64,000 nucleotides of DNA from positions 310,001 through 374,000 of the forward strand of contig JBODTK010000106.1 in assembly GCA_050613775.1 (NCBI GenBank), given 5' to 3'. Under the pieces are notes generated by a model. It worked only from the letters and a program-made list of their open reading frames with translations, was not told where the DNA came from and ran no database searches. The DNA is from Neocallimastix sp. 'constans' (lineage: Eukaryota). Below, in pieces: positions 1 through 13,191 of this stretch; the first letter of the stretch is position 1, and every line of letters starts with the position of its first letter. Position numbers and translations under genes: made by a program.

Positions 1-3000
1 GATAAACATTTTTTTTATTTTGATAATAAAAAATAAAAATAAACTTTTAAAAAAATATTAATAGCTCAAACAATGTAATATATTATAAATAAATTAATAA
101 TATATAAAATTAATTATTATTTTTATTATAATATATAGTAATAAAAAAAAAGTTTTAAATTATTTTTCACTTATCATAATATTATATTATCAATATATTA
201 ATTTAATATTACTATTTTATAATATATTAGCATGTTATTTATCATACAACATAATTTGATATTATTATATTATCCAATATGTTTGAATTAATTAAAGCCA
301 TATATTATTATATTAAATAATTTAATTTTTTTAAATATTATTCTCTTATTAAAAAAAAATGATATATATGAAAATTAAAAAGAGGGAAAAGTTTTTTTAA
401 ACTTATATATATAAATTGTACACAAAAAACTTTATTGTCTTTAAAGTTTTCAGTATAATGCTAAATAAACCGTTTAAATATATTCATTTAGACTGCTTAG
501 ATATAATTCAATAATTTGAATTGTGGTAATTTCAAGGAAAAAAGTTTATTTGCTAATAAAAAATATTTAAGTTTAAATCAAATAATTAAAAAATAAAAAT
601 ATTACTTAGGAAAAATCAAACTTGATATATTATAATAAATTATGCTAAAATTTTTATTATTATTAAGGTTAACTTATTAAAAATTACTTAGTATTATAAT
701 AAATAATTATAATAAACTTTATTAATTAATATTTTTATATTACCAAAAGAAAAAATAAAAATAAAAATTTAAAAAAAAACTTTAAAGATATTACCCAATA
801 AAATTTTAGTAAAATTCATAGAAATAATTAATATTTTAATAATTATAATAATAAAATCAAAATAGATAATTTAAAAAATATATTAGTATGTGGTCTTTTA
901 AAAAATTAAAAAAAAAAAGGTTTCCATGTATCAAAAAAAAAAAATATATATTAATATTAATATTAATATTAATAAATATTTAAATAAAATCCTACAAAAA
1001 ATAATATAAGCAATATAAGATTAAAATTAAATTATATATTTAAAAATATGTTTTATTCATTTTGGTATTGATAACTTTGAATATAAAAATTTTTTATATA
1101 AAATTTTTTTAAAAAGGGATGATCAACACGAAAAAAAAAATATAAAAATATGAAAATATTAAAAAATAACAATATCAAATATATAATAATAATAATTAAA
1201 ATATTTAATAATAGTAAAGATAATAATATAAATATTAGTATTAATAAAAGTATCTATTGAAATTTCAATATCATTAAAAATATTAATAAATACTATATTG
1301 TAACATAATAATAGTAAAAATAATATTAGTATTATTACTTCAAATACAAAAGAAAAAAAAAATACTTATCATAAATTTTAATATATAATTAAAAAAATCA
1401 TGTTTTTCTTTTAATCATTAATGAAATTTTTTTAATTATATTTTTTTGTACTATTATTTTTCTGTACTTTTATTTTTTTTTGTACCATTATTTTTCTGTA
1501 CTTTTATTTTTTTTTGTACCATTATTTTGCTGTACTTTTATTTTTTTTTTTCTAACAAAAAAAAATTTAAAAAAAAAAAAATATTAATAATAAAAATATT
1601 AATAGTCATTCCTTCTGTCCTTTTGAATTATGTAAAATATATATATATATGAAGTATAAAGGATAAATTTTTATTAAATAAAATTAAAATAGTCGCTCAA
1701 GGTAAAGCATTTATAAATGAATTGAAATATAAAAAAAATTTTTTTTATTTATGAACGGTCAAAATTTTAATTAAATCATCAGTAAAGATTCCTATCCAAT
1801 TAAAGAAAAGGTAATCCTAAACAATAAAAATTAATAATAATAATAAATACCTGTTAATAATATTAACAGATTAATTATGGAATAATGGATCAATTAAACA
1901 ATAGCAATTGAAACAAATAATAAATAATAATAAATAAATAAATAAATATCTGTTTATAATAATACTAAAAAATATCATAGATCAATATTTAATAATTATT
2001 TTTTTTATCAATGGAAAATTTTTTAATAAAATATTTATCCTATAATAAATGGTTTTATATATAATATAATAAAAACATAAAATCTTAAAATTATATATTA
2101 AAATTATAAAAATATTTAAAAAAAAAAAAATATATATATATATATATATAAATTAAGAAATTTGAATTTAATTTAATTATATTAATTGTACTATTTTCGA
2201 TAATTTACCATTATATAGAATAACAATTCTTTAAAATAAAATAAAATAAAATAAAATAAAAATGTGAAAGATATAATGTTACTATAAATATTAAAAAATA
2301 TTATTGTCAGGTAATTAATGATAATTATAATAAAAAAATAAATTATTCGAAAAATATATTATAATTTATATAATATTTAAAATAATAATTTATATAATAT
2401 TTAAAATAATTTTAAATCTTTTTTTTTTTATTTTAAATAAAGGCTATAATAATATCATGAATATAAAAGATGGAATAATTGTAATATGAAAATAAAAATA
2501 TAAAATTTGAATGATGCAATCAAATATTTTATAAAATAATACTAATTAATATTAAAGCATTTATTCTTTATTATATATATATTTATATAAAATTTTTAAA
2601 AATATATATATTACTTTTTAATATTTTCAAATTATTATTTTACTTTATCTTTAAAATAAAAAAAATTGATTTTAATATAATAATAAATAGAATTAAGATA
2701 TAATAATGATTTGAATAATTATATTCATTTTTTCCTTTTATATTGTAAAAATTTTGTGAAACTGTTCATAAACTAAAAAAATAAATAAATAAATAAATAA
2801 ACTCTATATAGTATTTAATTTTTTTTTTATTTTTATTTATTTATTTTATTTTTAGCAATTATAATATTATTTAAAAATTTTAAAAAAAAAATAATTAAAA
2901 TAATAATATAAGAATAATAAAATACAAAGATATATATAGTTAATGATAATTATAATAAAAAAAATTTTAAATAAGATTAGATGTACATATTAATAGACAT

Positions 3001-3157
3001 ATTAATGGTAAATTATGCTATTTAATTAAAAAAAATTTTTTTTCAATTTATAAATATATCTTTAATATATAAATTTATTAATTATAAACCAATCTTAACA
3101 AATTGATAATTTCATATTATCTCTTATTATTATTATTATAATTATTATTATTATTAG

Positions 3158-3189
<32 letters not shown>

Positions 3190-3211
3190 TAATTATTATT
3201 ATTATTATTAC

Positions 3212-3244
<33 letters not shown>

Positions 3245-3756
3245 GTAAAATCAATTATCTAATAACTTAATAGTTATTACTAATTTTTTTTTTTTGTTAA
3301 TATTTTTTTATTAATTATCTAATGCCAATACCAAAATTAATTCAATTATTAAAATAAAATTAATAACTAATTATACAATAATAACATATAAATTATTTTA
3401 TCAATATTAAAATTTAATTTTTATAATTACAACCCATTTCTAATTTAATATAATAATAACTTCAATACTATTATATTATATTAAAATAATTAATATAATT
3501 AATAATTGTTCAATGTTGTGGATTCAAAGAATATGAAAAATGATACACTATTTATATGCATATATTATATATTTATTATATATTAATAATATATATATTA
3601 TTTTTAGATCAACAAGGAAAATATTATTTAAAATGTAATTATAAAATTTGCAGAATAAGGTTATATTAATGATGCTTTATGTAGTATATTTTATATGTTA
3701 TGCATAATGTTCATAGTGCTTATATAACACTGACAATGTTAAACATTGAGAGGCTG

Positions 3757-3870
3757 CATTACTCCAATTTTCACGTGATATATAAAATATGTGGCTTTAG
3801 TTATATTATACTACATAATATCATTTTATTGTATTATTTTGTTACTTCAATTTTTATATTATATTAAATA
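3757..3870. repeat. Dispersed repeat, copy of the segment at ~38837-38950 next to the MULE transposase 3' end
   Basis: CATTACTCCAATTTTCACGTGA..ATATGTGGCT..CTACATAAT..TTTTATTGTATTATTTTGTTA aligns by eye with 38837-38950. Confidence 0.75.
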
Positions 3871-4505
3871 TAAAAAAAAAAAAAGAATATTAATTATTAT
3901 GTAAATTTTTTAAATATCATTAAATTATTATTTTCAATATTTTATTAATCAAACTAATTTTAAATTAATAAATAAATTATGTTTATTTAAATAATTTTTA
4001 ATGAACTTGGAATAATTTTATATTTATTTAAATAATTTTCATTTTTAAAAATTGTTTAGCTATATATTAATAAAAAAATAGTTAATTATTATTCCAATTA
4101 TTATTAATCAATATACTACAAAAAATAGTAGAAACTTATTCCAATAATTTATATAAATAGAAATATATGTAGTTATTAAATAATAATAATAATAAATAAA
4201 TAAATAAAATTTTTTTCCTTCATAAGTAGCTAAAAGTAATTATTAATTAAATATTAGTAATTTCAATATTAATATTAAAATGATTCCTTAATAATAATAG
4301 CCCAAGCATAAAAAAATGAAACTTTATATAAAATAATAGATATAATATTAATAAGAATATTAATTTATTGAGCAAATTTAATTTATTTACTATTATTTTA
4401 TATAAAAGAAGAACGGTTAAATATTTTATTTTTTTAAATAAAAATTAATTTATTACCATTATCTTATAGAACGAAATGTTAGACATTTCAATTTTAAGCA
4501 AGAAG

Positions 4506-4537
<32 letters not shown>

Positions 4538-4785
4538 TATGTGATTTATTATCATATAAATGCTTTAAGCTTCTATTAAAAAAAAATAATCAAAATTAAT
4601 ATAATACCTATTTTTTTACTCATAGTGTATTAATTATATTAAATATTTTATAAATATTGATAATATTACTATTTTCTTTATATATATATATATTATATAT
4701 AGAATGGACTATATCTAATTATATTTTCTCTATATTTAAAAAAAAAATATATATATATATATATATTAATATAGTTATTTCCTGC

Positions 4786-4832
<47 letters not shown>

Positions 4833-5263
4833 AAAATAATAATAAATATTTATTATCAGTAATTCTTATTAGTCTTATTATTGATATTACTTCCATATAT
4901 AAAATAAAATATAATAAACTTTAATAAACTTTATTTTAAATACAATATGTTTGATTTGTTTATTATTTTATCTTTAATATTTTATTTAATAATTATTTTC
5001 ATTTATTTTCTTGGAACTTATTTATTTTAATTATTTTAATGATTATTTTTATTATATATTTTTCCTCATGGTATATTAATTAAATTTAATAAATATTAAC
5101 AATTAACTAATTATTTTTTTTTTAAAGAAAACATAATTAGATATAGACCGCTTCTCATAATAACAAATTTAAAAAATTTGTTATTATAAAAAAATGAAAT
5201 AAACATTATATAGAATATTTAGAATATTCATATAAATTAATATTCTTTTATTTCTTTTATTCT

Positions 5264-6020
5264 TTTATTTTATTTTATTTTATTTTATTTTATTTTATTT
5301 TATTTTATTTTATTTTATTTTATTTTATTTTATTTTATTTTATTTTATTTTATTTTATTTTATTCCATCTGTACTTTATATTTAATATTCTACTATTTAT
5401 TTTATTTTATTCCATCTGTACTTTATATTTAATATTCTACTATTTATTTTATTTTATTCCATCTGTACTTTATATTTAATATTCTACTATTTATTTTATT
5501 TTATTCAATCTATACTTTATATTTAATATTCTACTATTTATTTTATTTTATTCAATCTGTACTTTATATTTAATATTCTACTATTTATTTTATTTTATTC
5601 AATCTATACTTTATATTTAATATTCTACTATTTATTTTATTTTATTCAATCTGTACTTTATATTTAATATTCTACTATTTATTTTTTTTTTTTTAATTTG
5701 CTTTAATTTATTTTATTCAATCTGTATTTATTTCATTTTATTCAATCTATATTTTGCATTTAAAATTTCTATTATTTATTTGGTTTTAATTTAATCTATA
5801 CTCTATATTTAATATTCTACTATTTATTTTATTTTATTTTATTTTATTCCATCTATACTTTATATTTAATATTCTACTATTTATTTTTTTTTTTTTTAAT
5901 TTGCTTTAATTTATTTTATTCAATCTGTATTTATTTCATTTTATTCAATCTATATTTTGCATTTAAAATTTCTATTATTTATTTGGTTTTAATTTAATCT
6001 ATACTCTATATTTAAAATCT
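5264..6020. repeat. (TTTTA)n plus 47-bp minisatellite array
   Basis: Unit TTC(C/A)ATCT(G/A)TACTTTATATTTAATATTCTACTATTTATTTTATTTTA at period 47 (5365, 5412, 5459...), followed by a ~190-bp higher-order duplication. Confidence 0.9.
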
Positions 6021-6564
6021 TTATTATTTATTTTTATATTATTTATTATAAAAATTACTTTAATAATATGATTATTTTAATTATTACAATTATTTATATT
6101 GTTATTAGGATTTTTTGGTGAGATTAATAATGGATAAGTCCATTATTAGTTTTTTGTTTTTTTGTTTTTTTGTTTTTGTTTTTGTTTTTGATTTTATAAT
6201 TATCAATGTTCTATAAATTATATTAATTTTTTTTATAATAATTATTTTTATTATTGTTAACTATTTTTTTATATTTTATATTATCAATAATATATCTATA
6301 ATATATATTTTAATATAATCTTTCATTATTATTACAGTTATTTATTTCTGTATAATTTATTAATTTTTGTTTTATTTATTAAATTAATTTATTATTATCT
6401 ATTTATACTCTTATTATGGTGAATTTGAACCTTTGTAATTAATATTTATTATATTTATTTAACTTTTGAATATTTATAGTTTAGATTAGCAAATCCATTA
6501 TATCATATAATATTATGAAATTCATAGTATATTTAAATTAAAATATTTAAATGAAGTAGTTGAT

Positions 6565-7420
6565 AAACCATTGAATAAACATTTAGTAGAATTTAGATAA
6601 GTTTTTGATATTAGAAGAAATGCAGAAGGAGATATTTTAAAAATATAAAAACAAAATTAGTTACAAATGGTTATGCTCAAATAGAAAGTACTGATAATTT
6701 TCTTACTCTCCAACATTGAAGGCTGATACAATGATATCATTTTTAAAATTAGTTTCAATAAAGAATTGGGATATACATCAATTAGATGTGAATAGTACCT
6801 ATTTGGATGTCAAATTAAATCAATAAGTATATTTGAAAATTCCTCTATATATATAATGAAGGAGAAGAAGATAATAAATTATGGGGATTAAAAAAGTCTT
6901 TATATGGACTTGAGCAAAGTACATATAAATAGAATAAAGAAATAAATAGAACACATCGTTGATATGGGTTTAATTTAAGTAATATTTATTAATATTTATT
7001 ACTGTTTATATTTCAGAAAAATTAATGATGATATGATAGGTGTATTATTATTATTATATGTTGATGGAAAAAATATTTAAGGAATTGTAATACTGAAGGA
7101 TAAATATAATCATTATAGTAATACTCAAATAAAGTACACCAAGAATTTAGTAGATAAATACTTAATATATTATAATATCAAAAACATTTAAAATATAAAC
7201 ACAGAAGATTATAAAGATAGAAGAAGATCATGAACCAGAAAATAAATTTTTTTATAGGTCAATTATAGGTGGATTAATACAATTATACAAGTTTACACTA
7301 CAAAATATAACATTTGCCACTAATTTAACTGTTGAATTTTCGAATAATCCAACAGAATCATATACAAAACTATTTATTAGAATTTTAAGAAATTTAAAAG
7401 AAACGATAAATTGGTGAACC
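6565..7420 (+). pseudogene. Degenerate Ty1/copia reverse transcriptase (RVT_2) relic
   Basis: Manual translation across stops and frameshifts gives VFDIRRNAEGDI..KLVTNGYAQIE..YSPTLK..WDIHQLDVNSTYL..LWGLKKSLYGLEQS..LLYVD..YRSIIGGL, the ordered copia RT motifs. Confidence 0.85.
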
Positions 7421-7442
7421 ACATTTAATAATAATAATAAAA

Positions 7443-7474
<32 letters not shown>

Positions 7475-7720
7475 TATTAATTTTTACACAAAATAAGATT
7501 ATAATACACTAATATTTGACTTTAAAGTCAATTTCAGTAATTATATTAATAATTGGTAATAATACAATATTATGAAATTCAAAAAAGCAGGGATAGTGCA
7601 TTTCAAAATGTGGCGTATTTTCATATGTGACGTGACTTGTTTTTTTAATAAATAAATAAATAATAAATAAATAAATAATAATTAAATAAACAATAATTAA
7701 ATATATAATAAAAAAAAAAA

Positions 7721-8126
7721 ACATAGACTTGCACATATGGGTACCCATCTCCCATATGGCCATACAGTTATTAATTAACTGTAAGGTGATGAGTTATTGG
7801 CATACTGTATCAGCTTCGCCGCTCTCAATCGTCGTTACACACTGCCCGGAGATGCATTCCTAACGTTCCTACATATATCTCTAATGACCACGAGCATCAG
7901 AACGGAACCATTAACTCCTCCCTAGTAGGTGTAATCATTGGCGATTGGAAATTTTACAATCATCAAGGTCTATGCTTCAATTCAAAGCGTAGTATCAGGG
8001 TTGGGTGAAATAATCATTTGAGGGAAAGCCTTATGAACATCACGTGTGGTCTCATGATATCCCAGGATAGAAACCTCATCCGATTATTTGGTGCCATGCC
8101 GAGGATTCGAACCCCGCCCTCTACAG
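7721..8126 (-). mobile_element. tRNA-headed, GC-richer structured element (SINE-like or Pol III RNA)
   Basis: Minus strand reads CGGGGTTCGAATCCTCGGCATGGCACCA (T-arm, acceptor 3' strand, CCA; 8089-8116), then ~370 nt of balanced composition with hairpins, ending in a T-run. Confidence 0.55.
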
Positions 8127-8884
8127 TTTAAATATATAATAAATATTCTTTTTTAGTATAATTTATTAAAATTCAATTGTAAAAATATTTTTTTTTATAA
8201 AAAATATTTTTTACATTGGAATATTAATAAAAAAAAATTTTTTTTATAATTCTTTTTATAATTCTTTTTTTAATTATAGAATATTTTATTTCTTTTGAAA
8301 ATAATAATTATTTAATATATAAATTGTAAAAATATATTATTTTTTTTTGAAATAATTATTTAATAATATTTAATTGTAAAAATATATTATTGAAACAATT
8401 ATTTAATAATATTTAATTGTAAAAACATATTATTGAGAACATATATATAAATGTACATTTAAACTCTTATTTAACATTTAATTATTTAATTATTTATATA
8501 TTTATTTATGATTGTATAAAATATCTTAAAAATGTATGGCTTTATTTTATATATTTATAAGCCACAGTGCAAATTGTACGATTGTGAATTCTACTACAAT
8601 CCTTAATATCTATAGTATCAATCTGAAATTAATATTAAGTTGCTTAAAAAATGCTATTTAAATATAAGTTTTATAAATTTATATATTTACATCAATAAGA
8701 ATGAAAAAAGATATAATAATTAATGATCAAAACAAATTTTTCTCTAAAAAAATAATGTTATTTTCTGATTATTTATAGGAATATAATATTAAAATTAAAG
8801 TATAATAAATAAGAACATATAGAGAATCATAATATAATATAGTAGATATATTTTTGAAAATTTTAAACCCTACGAATTTTATGG

Positions 8885-9843
8885 GGGTGTGGGGCATTTC
8901 GCCAAGTTGCATTTCGCCATTTTTTTGAAAGCATATTAAAAAAATGTGGCATTTCGCCAAGTTGCTTTTCGCCAAATTGAGAATTATTAAATAAATAAAT
9001 AAATAAATAAAATTAAATATTTTTAATATTGATGTATTTATAATTATGAAGTAAATATTTAAATATTAAAAAAATTTTTTTCATATATAAATAGCTTTAC
9101 AAATATCTGTTTAAATAAATAATAAATTGATAAATAATAAATAAAAAAAAATAATAATAATAAAATAAACAATTTTATAATTAAAGTATTGCTATAATAT
9201 TATTTTTTTACAAAATATTAAAATATATCTTTATAATTAAATTTATTTTTATAATTAAATATTTTAAATAATTATTTTATTACTATTTTACAAAATATTA
9301 AAATATATCTTTATAATTAAATATTATAAATTATTATTTTATTACTATTTTACGAAATATTAAAATATATAATAATAATTTTTTTAATAGTAAAAATTAT
9401 TTTAAAAAGAGAATAAATGAATAAATACAATAATTATTAAAGTATTTTTAATCTTTATTAGATTAGGTTAGCTTAAGAACATTAAAATATATTTTTATGA
9501 TAAAATATTATTATTTTAAAAATATATTTTTATAATTAAAGTATTGCTATAATATTATTTTTTTACAAAATATTAAAATATATCTTTATAATTAAATTTA
9601 TTTTTATAATTAAATATTATTAATAATTATTTTATTTTAAAAAATATCTATAATTAATTATAAAATATAATAAAAACAAGTTTAAAAAAATTATTTTGAA
9701 TTTTTATTTATTTAAAAAAATTATTTTGAATTTTTATTTATTTATTCATTCATTTACTTATATCAATAAGCCATTTGTCGAAATGCAACTTGGGGAAATG
9801 CAACATTTTAATAATACGCCACTTGGCGAAATGCAACTCTCCC
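8885..9843. mobile_element. Mutator-type MITE (non-autonomous DNA transposon), 959 bp
   Basis: Imperfect TIRs GGGTGTGGGGCATTTCGCCAAGT / ACTTGGCGAAATGCAACTCTCCC with repeated GCATTTCGCCA submotifs; perfect 9-bp TSD ATTTTATGG at 8876-8884 and 9844-9852; non-coding AT-rich interior. Confidence 0.9.
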
Positions 9844-9926
9844 ATTTTATGGAAAACTTATTTTAACCCTAACCTTAATAAAAAAATAATATTTTTATAT
9901 ACATAATTTAAATTTTTTATAAAATA

Positions 9927-11227
9927 TGTTAAAAGTCAATAGTTTGGGTTTTATAATTATGTCAACTTTATTAATATATTTTATGATAAAGAGCTGCAAA
10001 TATTTAAATTTAATAAATTTACATGCTTTTATATTAATACATTGTGGCTCATACATTACATATATAACAAATACATTTTAATACATTTAACGTATATTTC
10101 ATATTTATTTCACATATTCTAACATTCCCCCCTCAAACCAAATTATTTTAAAAGAATAATTTTGGTTTGAAAGTGAATATGTGTTCTATACTATTTCTAT
10201 ATCTATACCAATATTAATATGCTATAATTTAATTTTCATTAATTGTAATTTTATATACTTATTTATATATTAGCTTGTTTTATTTTAACAACTATATTAT
10301 TACCCTATATTAATATGACATTTTTGTGGTTAAACGTCTTAAAACCTTTATATTTTTATTATGGGTAAAATTATTAATTATTATATTCAAGTTATATTTT
10401 TTCGGATTGGTTACTCTTATTTGTACCATCCTATTATTATATTTTGGCAACCTCATTGGGACTTACGCCTAATTGACAACACATGGTTTACCTCTTTGGT
10501 TTTATGTACTCTTGACAACTCATGGTTTAACTCACTGGTTTTTACGTCTATATTTATATTTGACAACTCTTATGGATAACCGCTATGGTTTCACGTCATT
10601 TTTTTTTTAATTATTAACTTGATTAGTTGTGAATAAATAGCCTTTAATATTCAAAAGTTGTTTATTTACTAATTAATGATTTAATTTATATTCTTTATTA
10701 ATCTTCATTAAGAGTCTCAAAAATATTTGTATATTAATTTGTCACGTCTCTCATTTATTTTATACGTGTCTTATCTTCTAATTTATTATTTTATTTAGTA
10801 TATTATTTATTTCAGGGGAATTTTCTTTCATAAAATACTTAATTTTTACGCGTTTTCATATTCTTGAAACTTTAAGATCATTTTTCTTCAAATTAGATCA
10901 ATCTTCACTAAAGTTGACATAATGACAACTTTTATCATAAATTCTGGATCCTAGGTATTTTAGTTGACATTTTTCTAGTCCGGCTAAGGATATAAATATT
11001 CCTTTAAAGAGTCGATGAGACTCTTAATCTGTTAAAAGTCAATAGTTTGGGTTTTATAATTATGTCAACTTTATTAATATATTTTATGATAAAGAGCTGC
11101 AAATATTTAAATTTAATAAATTTACATGCTTTTATATTAATACATTGTGGCTCATACATTACATATATAACAAATACATTTTAATACATTTAACGTATAT
11201 TTCATATTTATTTCACATATTCTAACA
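9927..11227 (-). mobile_element. Non-autonomous LTR retroelement (TRIM-like), 1301 bp
   Basis: Two apparently identical 198-bp LTRs (9927-10124, 11030-11227; TGTTA...TAACA); 5-bp TSD AAATA; polypurine tract on minus strand (TTCCCCCCTC at 10125-10134); PBS at 11015-11029; no gag/pol ORF. Confidence 0.95.
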
Positions 11228-11834
11228 AAATAAATTTCTTTTATAAATTTTAAAAATTAAGGAAGAAATTTTTTTTTTATACCTAAATAAAATATTAATA
11301 ATTACTAAATAAATTTCATTTTACATTGATTATTTATGTTTCGTTTTATATTTATATTTTAATATTAAATATATTTACTATTCCATAATAATAATTTTTT
11401 TTTATATAACTAATAAAATTAATATAAATTAATATAATTAAAAAAAAAATAACCTAACCTGTTAAACACTAAATATTATATTAATTATTAAGATATAAAA
11501 TAATTTTCTATAATAATAGAAAATTAAGAATAATTTTTTATATAGTATTTAATTTAATTATTATCATTAATATTTTTATGTTTAATAATTAATTTAAATA
11601 AAAAATATTAAAGCATTAGAGTTGTTATAAAATTAGTTGTAAATAAATAATTTTATTAATTTGACTATAAAATTAATTGTAAATAAATAATTTTATTAAT
11701 TTGAGTAATGTGTTAATTGTTATATTTATTCAGCAATGTATCATTTTAATAATAATTATTATATTATTAAATTTATATTATTAAATTTTTATTATTACAT
11801 CTTTATTATTTTTTAAAAGAAGTATAAATAGAGT

Positions 11835-12065
11835 AGGGTAGTACAAAATTATAGTTCTTTTTTTTTTCTTATGACTTTTATTATATCATTCTTTTTTTTT
11901 CTTACGACTTTATTATATTGTTCTTTTTTTTCTTACGACTTTATTATATTGTTCTTTTTTTTCTTACGACTTTATTATTATATTATTCTTTTTTTTCTTA
12001 CGACTTTATTATTATATTATTCTTTTTTTTTTCTTGCGAATTTATTATTATATTATTCTTTTATT
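11835..12065. repeat. ~30-bp tandem repeat (TTTTTTCTTACGACTTTATTATATTGTTC), about 6 copies
   Basis: Repeated CTTACGACTTTATTA cores visible directly; begins after GGGTAGTACAAAA, possibly a transposon end. Confidence 0.7.
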
Positions 12066-12780
12066 ATTCTCTTAAGTTTAATAATAAAATTTAAAATAGT
12101 TTAGATTATATAAAATAATAGTTTAAATTAAATGTTCTATTTTTATTAAAGTATATAATGATTCATTTTTATATTTTAGTGTTTAATAGTTTGTGTTTTT
12201 ATAATTAGAGTTTTATTGGTAAATTATTTAGGAATTTAAAAGTATCGAGCTATCTATAATAATATAAATATCATGTATTTTACTTCATATTTATTCTATG
12301 TAATTACCTTTAATTATTTTATAATAATAAATCTAAAGCTTATTACTAAAACTATTTAATAAAATTAAACATGAATTTTTATATAACGTTTTGAACTACT
12401 AAATTGAAAAATTTAATTTTGAATAATTTTAGATAATTTTATATTAATTAGTAATGCTTAGTAATATTAATATACATCCAATTATGGATTAGAGTTTTAT
12501 TAAATTGAATAGTATAACATAGTAATTTTTTAATTTTATTTTTTTGTTAATTATTTATTTTATTTAATAATTAAATAACATATTAATTATGAATATGATG
12601 TATTACTAATTTATGTTAAGTAATACACTTTTTCGTTATATTGATATAATGTAATGTAAATATAATAATTAAAAGAAATTAAATAAACACTTTTAAGATT
12701 TATTGTTATTTAATTATAGGAAAAAAATTAAATATATTTATATTAAAAAAATGAATTAATTTTAATGATTATATATATTT

Positions 12781-13191
12781 TAGATTAGGAATAAAATTTA
12801 TTTACTAATATTTATTAAAAAAAATGTATGAAAGTAAAATATATGATATTTATTACATTAATATTAAAAAACTATGTTATGAATTTCTAGGACGAAATAA
12901 CCTTTAATTCTTCCCATTCATCGATGATTACTCCATGTGGATAAAAATTATCATTTAAATCTGTATCAGAATTTCTTCTTTGTTTTATAGTTTCGACGTC
13001 GTCACTCTTGACAAGGGTAGGTCTAATACAATTCAAATTGATCATAGTGTAAAAATCACTAATCCTAATAGGCATAACATTAATAAGGAATTCCACAAGC
13101 CCCACAAAATATGAAATCGGGAACGAAGATTCTCTCTAAAGTGATTGAAAGATATTATCAATTAAACGTCTTCTTTCCCCTGAATATCACA
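12781..13191 (-). mobile_element. 3' fragment of a LINE (ORF C-terminus plus 3' UTR)
   Basis: ORF 12887..13105 (GLVEFL..TLVKSDD..GVIIDEWEEL) is homologous to the LINE C-terminus at 56590-56806 (TIAKSVDD..GVIIEEWENL); terminus TAAATAAATTTTATTCCTAATCTA resembles TAAATAAAGTTATTCTCCTAGTCTA at 56891-56915. Confidence 0.85.

Noticed and set aside
3500..3750. Exon-like fragments (CCGFKEYEK; DQQGKYYLKCNYKICR)
   Set aside because: Too short, interrupted by stops, no coherent gene model.
5363..5700. Regular 47-bp repeats resembling a CRISPR array
   Set aside because: Head-to-tail units with no unique spacers, eukaryotic context, no cas genes.
8018..8035. GAGGGAAAGCC resembling RNase P/MRP CR-I
   Set aside because: No matching CR-V or P4 partner found.
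8047..8078. Hammerhead-like CTCATGA-stem-GAAAC
   Set aside because: Core G5 is C, and there is no stem I between GTC and the core, so it cannot fold as a hammerhead.
8431..8700. Possible diverged solo LTR related to the TRIM (AAAATGTAT..AGCCACA similarity)
   Set aside because: Similarity is short, with no TG...CA ends or TSD.
10361..10579. 72-aa ORF inside the LTR element
   Set aside because: Antisense to the element, no gag/pol motifs, built from internal short repeats.
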